A stretch of DNA of 64,000 nt from Candidatus Multivorans sp. (GTDB lineage: Bacteria > Acidobacteriota > Thermoanaerobaculia > Multivoradales > Multivoraceae), in contig OZ242040.1 of assembly GCA_965205095.1 (NCBI GenBank), forward strand, positions 3,116,176 through 3,180,175, read 5' to 3'. Position 1 is the first letter of the stretch. Every line of letters starts with the position of its first letter. A program made the position numbers and the translations under genes. Below the pieces are notes generated by a model. It made no database searches, was not told where the DNA came from, and saw nothing but the letters and a program-made list of their open reading frames with translations. Shown one piece after another: positions 8,273 through 21,452 of this stretch.

Positions 8273-11200
8273 AGGACGCCGAGGCGGCTGAACAGGCCGT
8301 GGACGTAGTTGGGGTCGTCCCTCTGGAACAGAACGTGACGTTCGGCCAGGTCCTGCTGGTTGAGCGTGCGTCCCTCCACCTGCCAGCGTTCGTCCAGATC
8401 GTTGAAGCGAGTGACGGAAACAATGAACGACTCGAGGCGAACGCGGTTGCCCGACAACCGCTCCTCGACTTCCTTGATCGTTGTGCTGAGAAGGACCTTC
8501 GGGTCGTCCGGTCCCGATAGGTGTACCAGACCCTTCGGGTCGACGAATGCGATGTGCTGGCGGCCGTCGCGGAGCGCCCACAGGATGAAGTCGGGGTGGA
8601 AGTTGTTCGCCTCGAAGAAGCCGATGCCGCGCCCCCGGCTCTGGTTGCGCATGAGGTGAATGCGGACGCCTGCGAGTGCGGCCGCCTGCTGCTGGAGGAA
8701 GTCCTGCAGGTCGCTGACGAAGCGGTACTCGCCTTCGTTCAGGGTGGGTGGCGAGACCCGGATCTTGTCGTTTTCGACGGACAGCAGCGGCCAGTACAGG
8801 TGCTCCTTCAGGCGAAGAGCCCTGACCTGATGCTCGTCCCAATCGGAGAGCTTGCCTTGCTCGATCGCCCGCTTCAGATCGGCGAGACTCTGTTCGAGAT
8901 CACCGACGTCGGTGGCGCCAGCCGTTGAGGCAACCTCGACGAAGAAGCCTTGGCCGCCACGCCCGCCGGTCACCTGAAGGTTCGGGTCGTCGTCGCGTAG
9001 CGGCTGAATCTCCAGGTGCCGGGCTTCCCAAGCCTGGCGACAAAGGGCGTAGTAGCGAGCGGTGTACTTTCTGAGCAGGGAAGCGGCGATCTCCTTCCAG
9101 TGGCGGACGTTGGACCAGTTGTCGTGCTCGAACAGGGTTGCGGGCGCCTGGAGTCGGTACCAGGAGGGGTCGGCAAGCAGTTGGCGGATCGCAGTACGCG
9201 ACACGGTCAGGTTGTGCCAGCCGCGTTCCGTCTTGAAGCGCACCAGGTCGAAGAAGAGTGCGTCCTGATCGATGAGGCGGATGTGGTCGCGGTCCAAGGT
9301 CGCCTCATTCTTCGAGGTGACCTCGGCACTGGAGTCGACGGAGGCGAGCGTTCGCACCTTGGGGTTCCAGTCGAGGCGGACCGCCGGACAGAGCCGGTTC
9401 CTGATCGGGCGCGGCGCCTGAGCGGGTGGGCCAAGGACGGGCATCGGGCCGCGGCGGCGGAACGCTGCCTCGGGTTCGGTGCCGGCAACGTCCTCGGCCA
9501 GCCGGATCGTTCCAAGTGGTGGGTCGTTCGGCAGAGCGTGTCGCCGAACCGGGAGGAAGAACTCCTCGCGGTCGGCGGCAACTCCCTCCTGTGCCAGGAA
9601 GTCGCGGAACTGCGCCATGTAGTTCGCCCTGATGCCGAACACCTGGAGCGTTTCCAGGTGCGGCAACGCCGCGGGCGCCTCGCTAGCGACGTTTGGGAGC
9701 GCCGAACTCCGTTTGAGAGTCATGTCGCGACCCTTCAGTCGGACGCCGCGGCCGAACATCTGGATGATCTGGGCGCCTTCGGTCCTACCGACGTTCATCA
9801 GGCCCATCGAACTGACGCGCCAGCTGTTCCAGCCTTCCGTGAACTTCCGGGCGCCGACGACGAGGTGGATGTGAGAGTCCGCGGACTGGACGTCGTCGAA
9901 GGCCGACTCCGAGAACACCCGCTCGGTCACGACGATGCCAGCGTCCCGGCAGCGCTTGGCGAGCTTTCCTCCGTCGCCGACGTTGATCACGCCGAACGGT
10001 TCGTTCTCTCCGAGCCGAAGCGTTAGTTCCCCACCGGTCCCCTTGAGACGTTCGACCCGGAGACCGCCGCCTCCCGGTGCATTGAAGGTCTTGGAGAGTG
10101 TTTCACTGAAGATGCTCCCGGCATTCATGCCCGAGTTCTGAAGGGGAGCGAACTGATCGGCGAACAGGTTCCTGCCGCCGGTGGTCTCGAGTCCGTGTTC
10201 CAACAGCGCCTGGATGCTCGTCGTACTGGCGCTTGCGTTCTGGACGTACTCGTCGAGGAACTGGACGATCCGAACCACATCGGATGCATCGTCCTGGTTC
10301 AGGCCCTTCGTGACCCGGCTTCCGACGAACACCCACAACGGCCGCTCGATGGCCCAGGGGCCGAGCGCTCTTCCTTCGCGGCTGTAGAGCCACTGCTGCT
10401 GAAAGAATGCGAGCAGGGCCGCGGTCAGGTAGCGCTGCTGCCAGTCGGCGTCGTGGTGGCCCTCGAGGTTGGCGATCCGGTAGTCCTTGCCGTAGCCGTC
10501 GCCGTGAAACCAGCGGTACGAGTAGTCGAACAGAATCGACCGGGCATACGTGTTGGTCAGTTTCCGGTCCTTGTCCACCGCCTGGCCGAAGGTCGCCGAG
10601 TACTCGAACGAGAATCCTCGCTCGCAGAGTTCGTCGCGCCTTCGCATCCACTGGCCCTGCTTGCCCGAGGAGGCGCCACGGTGCCCTTCGTCGACGAGCA
10701 CGAGGTTGTTGCCCTCGAAGGCGGCCACGGCGACTCTCTTCTCCCCCATCTCGTCGTGCAGCTTGTGTACGTCGAGCACTTCGACCCAGGCGCCGGGGAG
10801 GGCGTTCCGGTCGAACGGGCGCGCCGCGATGCCGGCGACTTCGAACTCGTCCAGGTGTTGGCGAGAGAGGCCTTCGTTCGGGGTCAGAAGAATGATGCGG
10901 TTCAACGCATGATGTCGATCGTGCCGCCCGAGGAACTCCTGGAAGAGAAGGAGGTGGGCATGCATGAGCAGCGTCTTGCCGCTTCCGGTCGCCATCCAGA
11001 ACGCCAGCTTGTTCAGCAGGTTCGCCGCGTCCCGGTCTGTCGCAGCCTCGCCGGCCGGTTCGAGCCGGTCGCCGCTCGGGAGGTCCCGATTCAGGGACTT
11101 GACGGCCGTGTTCAGTTCGGCGAGCAGCCGCTTCGGATCCCGGAACCAGAGGTCCAGGTAGATGTCTGTTGCCAGTAGCGCCAGGTACTGGAAGTAGAGC

Positions 11201-11505
11201 CACCGGATCGGGCGCTTGCCGCGGCGGAGGCGAGCCTCGTTCAGTCGTTGAGTGGTCGCCACGATCCGCTGGTCCGCCTCCAGTAGGCGGTCGTCGGGCA
11301 GGTCGGGCCGCTTCTCCGTGGGCACGTGCAGGCGAAGCGCCTCGTGGAAGCGATGAACGTTGTCCGCCGTGAGTCCCGGGAACTCATCACCCTTCATGTG
11401 TCCGGCGAGTCCGTCCAGGTTCTCGCAACCGAACAGGCCGAGTAGCCAGCGATGGAGCGCCAGTTTTCGCGAGAAGGCCACTCGCTTCCGTTTAGACCGG
11501 GCCAT
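8269..11505 (-). CDS. res: Type III-like restriction enzyme Res subunit (SF2 helicase plus C-terminal PD-(D/E)xK nuclease)
   Basis: Walker A WMATGSGKTLLM, DEAH-type box LVLVDEGHRG, helicase motif VI QMFGRGVRLKG. C-terminal nuclease-like motif NEGEYRFV...FHPDFILW...IAFVDPKG. Start placed at ATG 11505 (MARSKRKRVAF); the frame stays open up to TTG 11643. Lies immediately downstream of mod on the same strand. Confidence 0.85.
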   Translation of the reverse strand: MARSKRKRVAFSRKLALHRWLLGLFGCENLDGLAGHMKGDEFPGLTADNVHRFHEALRLHVPTEKRPDLPDDRLLEADQRIVATTQRLNEARLRRGKRPIRWLYFQYLALLATDIYLDLWFRDPKRLLAELNTAVKSLNRDLPSGDRLEPAGEAATDRDAANLLNKLAFWMATGSGKTLLMHAHLLLFQEFLGRHDRHHALNRIILLTPNEGLSRQHLDEFEVAGIAARPFDRNALPGAWVEVLDVHKLHDEMGEKRVAVAAFEGNNLVLVDEGHRGASSGKQGQWMRRRDELCERGFSFEYSATFGQAVDKDRKLTNTYARSILFDYSYRWFHGDGYGKDYRIANLEGHHDADWQQRYLTAALLAFFQQQWLYSREGRALGPWAIERPLWVFVGSRVTKGLNQDDASDVVRIVQFLDEYVQNASASTTSIQALLEHGLETTGGRNLFADQFAPLQNSGMNAGSIFSETLSKTFNAPGGGGLRVERLKGTGGELTLRLGENEPFGVINVGDGGKLAKRCRDAGIVVTERVFSESAFDDVQSADSHIHLVVGARKFTEGWNSWRVSSMGLMNVGRTEGAQIIQMFGRGVRLKGRDMTLKRSSALPNVASEAPAALPHLETLQVFGIRANYMAQFRDFLAQEGVAADREEFFLPVRRHALPNDPPLGTIRLAEDVAGTEPEAAFRRRGPMPVLGPPAQAPRPIRNRLCPAVRLDWNPKVRTLASVDSSAEVTSKNEATLDRDHIRLIDQDALFFDLVRFKTERGWHNLTVSRTAIRQLLADPSWYRLQAPATLFEHDNWSNVRHWKEIAASLLRKYTARYYALCRQAWEARHLEIQPLRDDDPNLQVTGGRGGQGFFVEVASTAGATDVGDLEQSLADLKRAIEQGKLSDWDEHQVRALRLKEHLYWPLLSVENDKIRVSPPTLNEGEYRFVSDLQDFLQQQAAALAGVRIHLMRNQSRGRGIGFFEANNFHPDFILWALRDGRQHIAFVDPKGLVHLSGPDDPKVLLSTTIKEVEERLSGNRVRLESFIVSVTRFNDLDERWQVEGRTLNQQDLAERHVLFQRDDPNYVHGLFSRLGVL

Positions 11506-11639
11506 CGCCCCGGTTCGCCCGCAGGCCGCCCACGTAGCCGCGCAGCGGCGTTCCGACCGCCGCCTGCCGCTTGCGGGGCGGCCAACTACGGCGAAGAAGT
11601 CCCGTGTCTGCGGGAAGCGGACGTCGGTGGCGACCGTGA

Positions 11640-15005
<3,366 letters not shown>

Positions 15006-15096
15006 CGAGGTACGGGGCCTGTGTCAGGGGCGGCTGGGTTCTGGCTGGTGGCTCTACTGGAGCGGGTGCGGAGCGTAGCACCCTGCCCGGCGAGCT

Positions 15097-15312
15097 TCAG
15101 CGTCGCGGCAACTGAGGGACGTACCTCCGGGCGCAATCAAGGTCGATGTCGAGAACGTCAACGAGCTGCTCGACCTTTCCCGTCCAGACTTCGAAGACCT
15201 GATGGCGCCCGGGGCCCTTCGGTAGCCAGGGGTAGGTCTTTCCCCTGTACTTGACGCTCCAGTGGTGTGTCTTCAGCGTTCTCTCGTGTCCGGGCGCACA
15301 CCGATTCAGCAT
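15097..15312 (-). CDS. Small HicA-like (YcfA-type) putative toxin
   Basis: 71 aa from ATG at 15312: MLNRCAPGHERTLKTHHWSVKYRGKTYPWLPKGPGRHQVFEVWTGKVEQLVDVLDIDLDCARRY. The pattern xxHH...LPKG...EV..G.V..L...L.I resembles HicA by eye only. An alternative TTG start lies at 15354. Confidence 0.35.
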   Translation of the reverse strand: MLNRCAPGHERTLKTHHWSVKYRGKTYPWLPKGPGRHQVFEVWTGKVEQLVDVLDIDLDCARRYVPQLPRR

Positions 15313-15371
15313 CTTCCAGACTTGGGAGATGCGAACCGTTCCCCTTGTGGCCAACCGACCCTCCGCAGCGA

Positions 15372-15845
15372 TCAGGCCGCGAGTGCGGCCGGAGTCTGGT
15401 GCTGCGGGGCCGAGTTGGCTGCTGGCGTCGCTTCCTCGAGAAGCTCGACATCGATACCCAGGTCGGGATTGTGGCGTTCGATGCGTAGCCCGAGTTCCGT
15501 GTCGATATCCCCCCGGCGGGCACGGGCCCGGGCCTCGTCCCATCTCGCCTCGGTTCGGCTGCCGGTGGTGGCGAAGAGCTCTCCGGCCTGGCGGCGGAAC
15601 TCCTTGAACTCGCAGCCGTCGGCGGCTATATCGACCAGCGCGAGCCGCAGATCTTCGACGAACTTCACGTAGGCCTCGTTGAGCGTCGGACCATGTACGG
15701 CCGCGCCGCCCGGGTTGACGCCGTACAAGTCAAAGTCGTCCGGAGTCCTGACTGCCAGCAGCCGGCCTCGTACTGTCACCAGAGCAACGTAGCCCTGGCC
15801 GAACACCGGCCCACCGGTCTCGAAGAACAGGGCGTACTCCGTCAT
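15372..15845 (-). CDS. Hypothetical protein, possible HicB-like antitoxin partner
   Basis: 157 aa from ATG at 15845, preceded by GAAGGAG 8 nt upstream. Begins MTEYALFFETGGPVFGQGYVALVTV...LYGVNPGGAAVHGPTLNEAYVKFVEDL, which loosely resembles the HicB N-domain. Sits directly upstream of the HicA-like ORF. Confidence 0.3.
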   Translation of the reverse strand: MTEYALFFETGGPVFGQGYVALVTVRGRLLAVRTPDDFDLYGVNPGGAAVHGPTLNEAYVKFVEDLRLALVDIAADGCEFKEFRRQAGELFATTGSRTEARWDEARARARRGDIDTELGLRIERHNPDLGIDVELLEEATPAANSAPQHQTPAALAA

Positions 15846-15942
15846 TGTCGCGACTCCTTCTCCAGGCACGGCAACCGCCGAAGGGACTTCTCAGTTTGCC
15901 CGCGAGGCGACGGGCGGTGACGGAGTATATGTCGACGGGGGT

Positions 15943-17178
15943 CTAGGGCGCGCTCCGATACCTCCACAATTCAGTGGCAGCCATACTGTAGGCGAACAGC
16001 AGCACCGACACCGCCATGCCGGGGACCAGGCCGGCCAGGGCGCCGTACTCCTCGACGATCCAGCCCAGGATGACGGCGCCGATCAGCGGCGCGCCGAGCA
16101 GGCCGATACCGAAGACGGACATGACGCGGCCGCGGGACAGCGGCTCGGCGGCCTCCTGGACGATGGCCCGGGCCAGCGTGGTCGTGACGCCCATGTTGAG
16201 GCCCCAGGCGACGACTCCGGTGACGACCAGCCACCAGGCCGGTTCGACCCAGATGAGGAAGAGAACGACGACGCGGGAGAGCTGGAACAGGATGAACCAG
16301 CGGCCGGGCTTCCGGAACGGCATGAAGCGGAGCATGATCAGGTTCGAGACGACCGCGCCGGCGAAGAAGACGATCATCAGCCACGAGAGCAGTTCCGCGT
16401 CCCCGTCGTAGACCTCCCGGACGATGAAGGGAAAGGCGGTCAGGAAGCCGCCCGCGTTGAAGATGCTGGAGACGAAGTTGACCGTCAGCGCGTCGAAGAC
16501 CGGACGCTGGAGGTAGGAGGCGCGGAAGCCTTCGCGGATCCGGCGCCAGGCGGGTTCCGTCGGTCCGTGGTTGGCGGACTCGTGGGACCCAATCCTTCGG
16601 ATCCAGAGCGCGGCCGCGATCAGACACAGGCACTGGACCAGCAGGACCTGGCGCAGACCGATGCGGTCGAGCTGGCCTGCGGCGCCGATCCCGATCATCG
16701 TGGTGAACATCGTGATGGCGGTGGACGCGGTCACTCCCCGCTGAAGATCCCGGCCCGCGATGCGGCTCAGCACGGACTGCTGGGCCGGCCCGGAGAAGGA
16801 CAGGGCGGCGCTGATTCCGAGGCCCCACGCGGTCACGGTCCAGACGCTGAGCTCTCCGAGTTCGAGTACGAGAATCAGTCCGAGGGGTACGAGGGCCGCC
16901 GCGCCGAACACCCGGGTCAGCGTTGCCCGCGCGTCCGTGCGGTCGGCGCTGGCGCCGCCCCAGAGCATGATGATCACGCCGGGAAGGCCGACGGCCGCCT
17001 GGAGCGGGCCGACGCGGCCGGCCGGGAGGGAGAGCGCGCTGATCAGCAGCCAGGGCAGGAGGAGCTGGTACATGCCCAGGCCGGAGCTCGAGCAGGCCAG
17101 TGTCCCCATGTACGCTTGCAGGCCCGGTCGGTTCCAGAGACGGTTGGGCGGAGTTGGGGGGCGAGCGATGACGACTAC
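15943..17178 (-). CDS. MFS transporter (EntS/MFS_3-like)
   Basis: Multiple TM spans. The N-terminal PNRLWNRPGLQAYMGTLACSSSGLGMYQLLLPWL resembles the LWRNRDF...G motif of this family. The start is uncertain: GTG near 17178, or ATG at 17109. Confidence 0.75.
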   Translation of the reverse strand, partial: VVVIARPPTPPNRLWNRPGLQAYMGTLACSSSGLGMYQLLLPWLLISALSLPAGRVGPLQAAVGLPGVIIMLWGGASADRTDARATLTRVFGAAALVPLGLILVLELGELSVWTVTAWGLGISAALSFSGPAQQSVLSRIAGRDLQRGVTASTAITMFTTMIGIGAAGQLDRIGLRQVLLVQCLCLIAAALWIRRIGSHESANHGPTEPAWRRIREGFRASYLQRPVFDALTVNFVSSIFNAGGFLTAFPFIVREVYDGDAELLSWLMIVFFAGAVVSNLIMLRFMPFRKPGRWFILFQLSRVVVLFLIWVEPAWWLVVTGVVAWGLNMGVTTTLARAIVQEAAEPLSRGRVMSVFGIGLLGAPLIGAVILGWIVEEYGALAGLVPGMAVSVLLFAYSMAATELWRYRSAP

Positions 17179-17968
17179 CTCGGTTGGCGGCGGTCGGACG
17201 GGATGGCGAAGGCTACACGCGGCCTTTCGGCGGCGCGCGGCGCGGGGCCTGTGGTTCGGCGTCGCCGCGGCGACCGCGGTGGGCGCCGGGAGTTGTACGG
17301 TTTCGGCCCAGGAGCGCGTCGACTTCGCGGCGCTCCGCCGGCAGATGGTGCGCGACACGATCTCCGAGCCCCGGGACGGCCGCCCGCCGGTGCTCGACGT
17401 GCGCGTCGTCGACGCGATGGAGAAGGTGGAGCGCCACCTGTTCGTGCCGGAGGACGTCCGCGAGTGGGCATACCGGGACTCGCCGCTCGGGATCGGCTGG
17501 CGGCAGACGATCTCCCAGCCCTACATCGTCGCGTTGATGACGGAGCTTGCGGAACCCGACCCCGAGGACAGGGTGCTGGAGATCGGTACCGGCTCCGGCT
17601 ATCAGGCCGCCGTACTGGCGGAGATCGTGGATCACGTGTACACGATCGAGATCGTGGAGCCTCTGGGGCTGCGGGCGGCGGCGGCGCTGGACATGGCTGG
17701 CTACGAGAACGTGACGACGCGGATCGGCGACGGATACGCGGGCTGGCAGGAGGAGGCGCCGTTCGACGCGATCGTCGTCACCGCGGCGCCGGACCACGTG
17801 CCGCAGCCGCTGATCGACCAGTTGGCGACCGGCGGCCGGCTGGTGCTGCCGGTGGGTCCGGTGGCCGGCCGCCAGGAACTGCAGGTGCTGGAGAAGCAGG
17901 CGGACGGGTCAGTGGAGCGGACCCGGGTGATCCCCGTACGGTTCGTGCCGCTTACGCGGAATCGCTGA
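17168..17968 (+). CDS. pcm: Protein-L-isoaspartate O-methyltransferase with an N-terminal signal-like segment
   Basis: ATG at 17168. QTISQPYIVALMTEL, VLEIGTGSGYQAAVLAEIV, GDGYAGW, and VPQPLIDQLATGGRLVLPVG...VRFVPL are canonical Pcm motifs. The N-terminus RRRAARGLWFGVAAATAVGAGSCTVSA looks like an export signal. Confidence 0.9.
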   Translation: MTTTSVGGGRTGWRRLHAAFRRRAARGLWFGVAAATAVGAGSCTVSAQERVDFAALRRQMVRDTISEPRDGRPPVLDVRVVDAMEKVERHLFVPEDVREWAYRDSPLGIGWRQTISQPYIVALMTELAEPDPEDRVLEIGTGSGYQAAVLAEIVDHVYTIEIVEPLGLRAAAALDMAGYENVTTRIGDGYAGWQEEAPFDAIVVTAAPDHVPQPLIDQLATGGRLVLPVGPVAGRQELQVLEKQADGSVERTRVIPVRFVPLTRNR

Positions 17969-17977
17969 TCCTCTTCC

Positions 17978-18640
17978 CTACAGCGGCACTTCCTCGCCCT
18001 CGCCTTCGATGACGAGGCCGAGGGTCACGTCGCCGAGGGGTACGGCCAGCGTGGGCTGGTCGAGGTCGTTCCAGAACATGGTGGCGCTCTCCGCGCCGTC
18101 GTAGTTCTGGAACAGGGCCATCGTCATCGGGTGCGTGGCGCCCTCGATGATCGTGATGCTGGCCTCGACGAGGGGCTCCTGCTCCGGGAAGCTGTAGGGA
18201 TCGAACGTGTCGAGCGCTACCGGGATCAGGATCAGGAAGTCGCGGAACCAGGTCTGCCCCGTGTGGTCGCCGTCGGCCGGCTGCACGGCGTAGCGGAGGG
18301 TGTAGATGCCGGCCGGCACGATCTGCTTCTTGTAGGTGCTCCAGTCGTCCGTCGTGCGCATCAGGCCGACCAGGCCGCCGGGAGGCAGGGTCGGATACTC
18401 GACCCCGAGTTCGGCGGAGGGGTCCTGCATCGGCAGCGCGGGCGGGAACCAGAACTCGATCGGCTGGCCCTCGTCCCGGACCACCTTGTAGCCGGCCGGA
18501 TCGAGCAGCGGCCCCAGCCAGTCCGGCAGATCCGGCGGCAGTGCCTCCGTGCGCTCGAGCGACGGGTCGGCCGCAAGCGGCGCGGCGAGCACCAGCCCCG
18601 CGAGCAGCAGCCCGACGAGCGGGAGACCGGCGCTCCTCAC
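17978..18640 (-). CDS. Secreted hypothetical protein
   Basis: 220 aa with signal peptide MRSAGLPLVGLLLAGLVLAAPLAA. No family recognised. Confidence 0.55.
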   Translation of the reverse strand: MRSAGLPLVGLLLAGLVLAAPLAADPSLERTEALPPDLPDWLGPLLDPAGYKVVRDEGQPIEFWFPPALPMQDPSAELGVEYPTLPPGGLVGLMRTTDDWSTYKKQIVPAGIYTLRYAVQPADGDHTGQTWFRDFLILIPVALDTFDPYSFPEQEPLVEASITIIEGATHPMTMALFQNYDGAESATMFWNDLDQPTLAVPLGDVTLGLVIEGEGEEVPL

Positions 18641-18692
18641 TCGAGGTTGATCGCGGGGAGAGACCCGAGTTCTTGCTGCACTCGAGAATCCC

Positions 18693-19832
18693 TCACTCGA
18701 AGTTGATCAGGTAGTGCCGGAAGTTCTCGGGCCCCACCTCGTCCAGCATCTGCAGGAACAGCACGAGTGGCTCGATGTCGGCGTCCGTGATGTTGATCTC
18801 GCCGAACAGCGGGTCGACGCCTTCCTGTTCGCTGTCGGCGGCTTCGGCCAGCGCCATGTGGGCCCGGATCGCGTCTTCGAGGGTGGCGGCGCTGCCGTCG
18901 TGGAGGTACGGGTCCGTGCGGGAGAGGTTCCGCAGCGGCGGCGTCTTGAAGTCGCCCGCGCCGGCGCCGTGGAGCGCGTAGTCGCTGAAGGTCGGCGGCA
19001 CGTGGCAGCGGACGCAATTGCCGACCGATTCCACGTCGAAGGCCCGGAAGAAGGTCTTGAAGCCCTCGTAGGCTTCCTGGGTGAACCCTTCCGGTCGCCG
19101 GATCAGGTTGCGACCCTCCTGGTTGAAGATCCGGCTCTCGATGCTCGCTGCGTAGTTCAGCATGTCCTCGCCGTCGTTCGGCTCCTTGCGGAACCGGTTC
19201 TGTTCGGCGAAGGCGTCCCAGCGCGCGGTCATCGTGTAGCTCAGCGTGCGGGTGTAGTCGGCCAGGGCGCGGGCGGCGGCGGCGGCCACCTCGGGCCGCG
19301 GCAGGGACTCCAGGTCCAGGCCGTAGACCTCCTGGAACTGGTCGAGATAGGGCTCGCCCGAGATCGCGTTGTGGCCTTCGTTCAGCAGCACGTAGGCGGC
19401 GTTGTCCATCCCCTCGGCACGGTCCTCGTCGTTCCAGCCGTACTGCTTGCCGACCAGCTTGTCGAGGATCATGTCCTCCATCGAGTCGTAGGCGCCGTCC
19501 CAGCCGAACACTTCGGCGCGGGACGCGTCGGCGAGGGTCTGCGCGTTCCGCTCGGTCGTCTCGCGGTTCGCGGTCAGGCTGGTCGGCGTGTGGTCGGCGT
19601 AGTAGCGCTCCGGCTTGCCGGGCACCGACTCGCCGATGGCGTGGCACACGGAACAGGCGATCGCGAAGCCCGTCCCCTGGTTGTTGAACAGCAGTTCGGC
19701 GAACAGGTCGTTGCCGAGCTGTTGCAGGGCTGGGGACGGTTCTTCCTGGGCGGCGGCTGGGGCGCCGAACAGGAGAGTGGTTGCCATGGCGAGCGTCGCC
19801 GGACCGGTCAGGCTTCTTCGCTTCATCGTCAT
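18693..19832 (-). CDS. Di-haem cytochrome c peroxidase (CCP/MauG family)
   Basis: Signal peptide, two CxxCH motifs (CSVCH, CVRCH), and FKTPPLRNLSRTDPYLHDGS, characteristic of the CCP family. Confidence 0.85.
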   Translation of the reverse strand: MTMKRRSLTGPATLAMATTLLFGAPAAAQEEPSPALQQLGNDLFAELLFNNQGTGFAIACSVCHAIGESVPGKPERYYADHTPTSLTANRETTERNAQTLADASRAEVFGWDGAYDSMEDMILDKLVGKQYGWNDEDRAEGMDNAAYVLLNEGHNAISGEPYLDQFQEVYGLDLESLPRPEVAAAAARALADYTRTLSYTMTARWDAFAEQNRFRKEPNDGEDMLNYAASIESRIFNQEGRNLIRRPEGFTQEAYEGFKTFFRAFDVESVGNCVRCHVPPTFSDYALHGAGAGDFKTPPLRNLSRTDPYLHDGSAATLEDAIRAHMALAEAADSEQEGVDPLFGEINITDADIEPLVLFLQMLDEVGPENFRHYLINFE

Positions 19833-19884
19833 CCTCCGTGATGTGGAGAATAGACGATCCCGTTAGTGGCACACTAAAGCCGCC

Positions 19885-20631
19885 ATGGCGATGTCGCGAA
19901 CGGTTCCCTGGTCGGACCTCGACACGATCTTCTTCGACGCCGGCAACACCTTTCTGTCGATGGACTTCGACCGGGTCGCCGCGGTCGCGGCCAGTCTGGG
20001 CGTCGAGTGCTCGGGACAGCAGTTGGAGCGCGCGGAGGCGGCGGCGCGGCCGGTGCTCTCCGCGGCGCTGGCCGAGAGGCGGACGACCGAAGGCAGCGGC
20101 GCCTTTCGCTTCTACCTGGGAGCGACTCTCGAGCGGCTGCCCCCATCCAGCCGGGACGGGGTCGAGCTGGACGCCGTGGTTTCCGGCCTCGCGGAGCGGC
20201 TGTTCTCGCCTGGACGCAACGACCGGCTCTGGAACCGCAGGCTGCCGGGGCGAAGGGAAGCGCTCGAACGGATCCGCGCGCTCGGCTATCGCATGGTGGT
20301 GGTCAGCAACTCGGACGGCAGCATGGCGCGGACCGTCACCCGGATCGGCATGGACCATCTCTTCGACGGTCTGGTCGACTCGACGGTCGTGGGCTTCGAG
20401 AAACCGGACCCGCGGATCTTCGAGGTCGCGCTCGATCTGGCCGGCGCGCGTCCGGAACGGACGGTGCACGTCGGCGATCTGTACGCCGCCGACGTCGTGG
20501 GCGCCTGGGCCGCCGGGGTTCACGCCGTCCTGCTCGACCCCTTCGGCGACTGGCCGGAGGTCGACTGCCCGAAGGTGGCCGATCTGGACGAACTGGCCGC
20601 CCTGCTGCCGGAGTCTCCGGGGCGCGCGTGA
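19885..20631 (+). CDS. HAD-superfamily hydrolase
   Basis: IFFDAGNTF (motif I-like), VVVSNSDG, EKPDPRIF, VGDLYAADVVGA. Confidence 0.75.
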   Translation: MAMSRTVPWSDLDTIFFDAGNTFLSMDFDRVAAVAASLGVECSGQQLERAEAAARPVLSAALAERRTTEGSGAFRFYLGATLERLPPSSRDGVELDAVVSGLAERLFSPGRNDRLWNRRLPGRREALERIRALGYRMVVVSNSDGSMARTVTRIGMDHLFDGLVDSTVVGFEKPDPRIFEVALDLAGARPERTVHVGDLYAADVVGAWAAGVHAVLLDPFGDWPEVDCPKVADLDELAALLPESPGRA

Positions 20632-21452
20632 AGCCCGCGGAGGTTCGCCGGCACCGCCATCGGTTCTACGAGGCGGCCGTCCAGAGCGTGGAAGTGGACA
20701 TCGACTTCGTCGAGCGGGTCTATCGCCGCCTCAACGGACGGCTGCCCGCCACCCTGCGGGAGGACTTCTGCGGCACCGCCTCGCTGGCGAGCGCGTTCGC
20801 CGCGCGCAGGCCGGAGAACCGCGCCTGGGGCGTCGACCTCCACCGGCCGACCCTGGACTGGGGGCGGCGCAACCGGGTGGAGGTCAGGTGCGTCGAGGAC
20901 CGGGTCGAGCTGGGGTGCCGCGACGTGCGCCTGGCCGGCAGCCCGGCGGTAGACGTGCAGGTTGCCTTCAATTTCTCCTTCTTCCTGTTCCCGGGTCGCG
21001 TCGAGATGCTGGACTACTTCCGGGCCGCGAGGCGCTCGCTCGAGCCGGGAGGCCTGTTCGTGCTGGACGCCTTCGGCGGCACGGACTCGTTTCAGGCCAC
21101 TACCGAGGACACGGAGATCGAGGCCTCGGTAGGCGTCGACGGAGTCGCCTTGCCGGCTTTCACCTACAGTTGGGACCAGCTCGCCTTCAACGCCGTCGAC
21201 CACTGGATGCGCTGCGCGATGCACTTCACGCCGGCGGGCGGGGAAACGGTGCGCAACGTGTTCCGCTACGCGTGGCGAATGTGGACCCTGCCCGAGATCC
21301 GGGAGCTGCTGACGGAGGCCGGCTTCGACGATGTCGAGGTGTACGGCGAGGGCTGGGATGCCGGCAGCGGGGAAGGGAACGGCATCTTCCGGCGCCGCAC
21401 GCGGCTGCCGAACGAGGGGAGTTGGGTCGTCTACGTGGTGGCGCGCTACTGA
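20628..21452 (+). CDS. Class I SAM-dependent methyltransferase (putative)
   Basis: GTG at 20628 overlaps the HAD stop (GTGA). EDFCGTASLA is a motif I-like segment. The upstream part of track ORF 20007..21452 is a shadow of the HAD gene. Confidence 0.55.
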   Translation: MKPAEVRRHRHRFYEAAVQSVEVDIDFVERVYRRLNGRLPATLREDFCGTASLASAFAARRPENRAWGVDLHRPTLDWGRRNRVEVRCVEDRVELGCRDVRLAGSPAVDVQVAFNFSFFLFPGRVEMLDYFRAARRSLEPGGLFVLDAFGGTDSFQATTEDTEIEASVGVDGVALPAFTYSWDQLAFNAVDHWMRCAMHFTPAGGETVRNVFRYAWRMWTLPEIRELLTEAGFDDVEVYGEGWDAGSGEGNGIFRRRTRLPNEGSWVVYVVARY

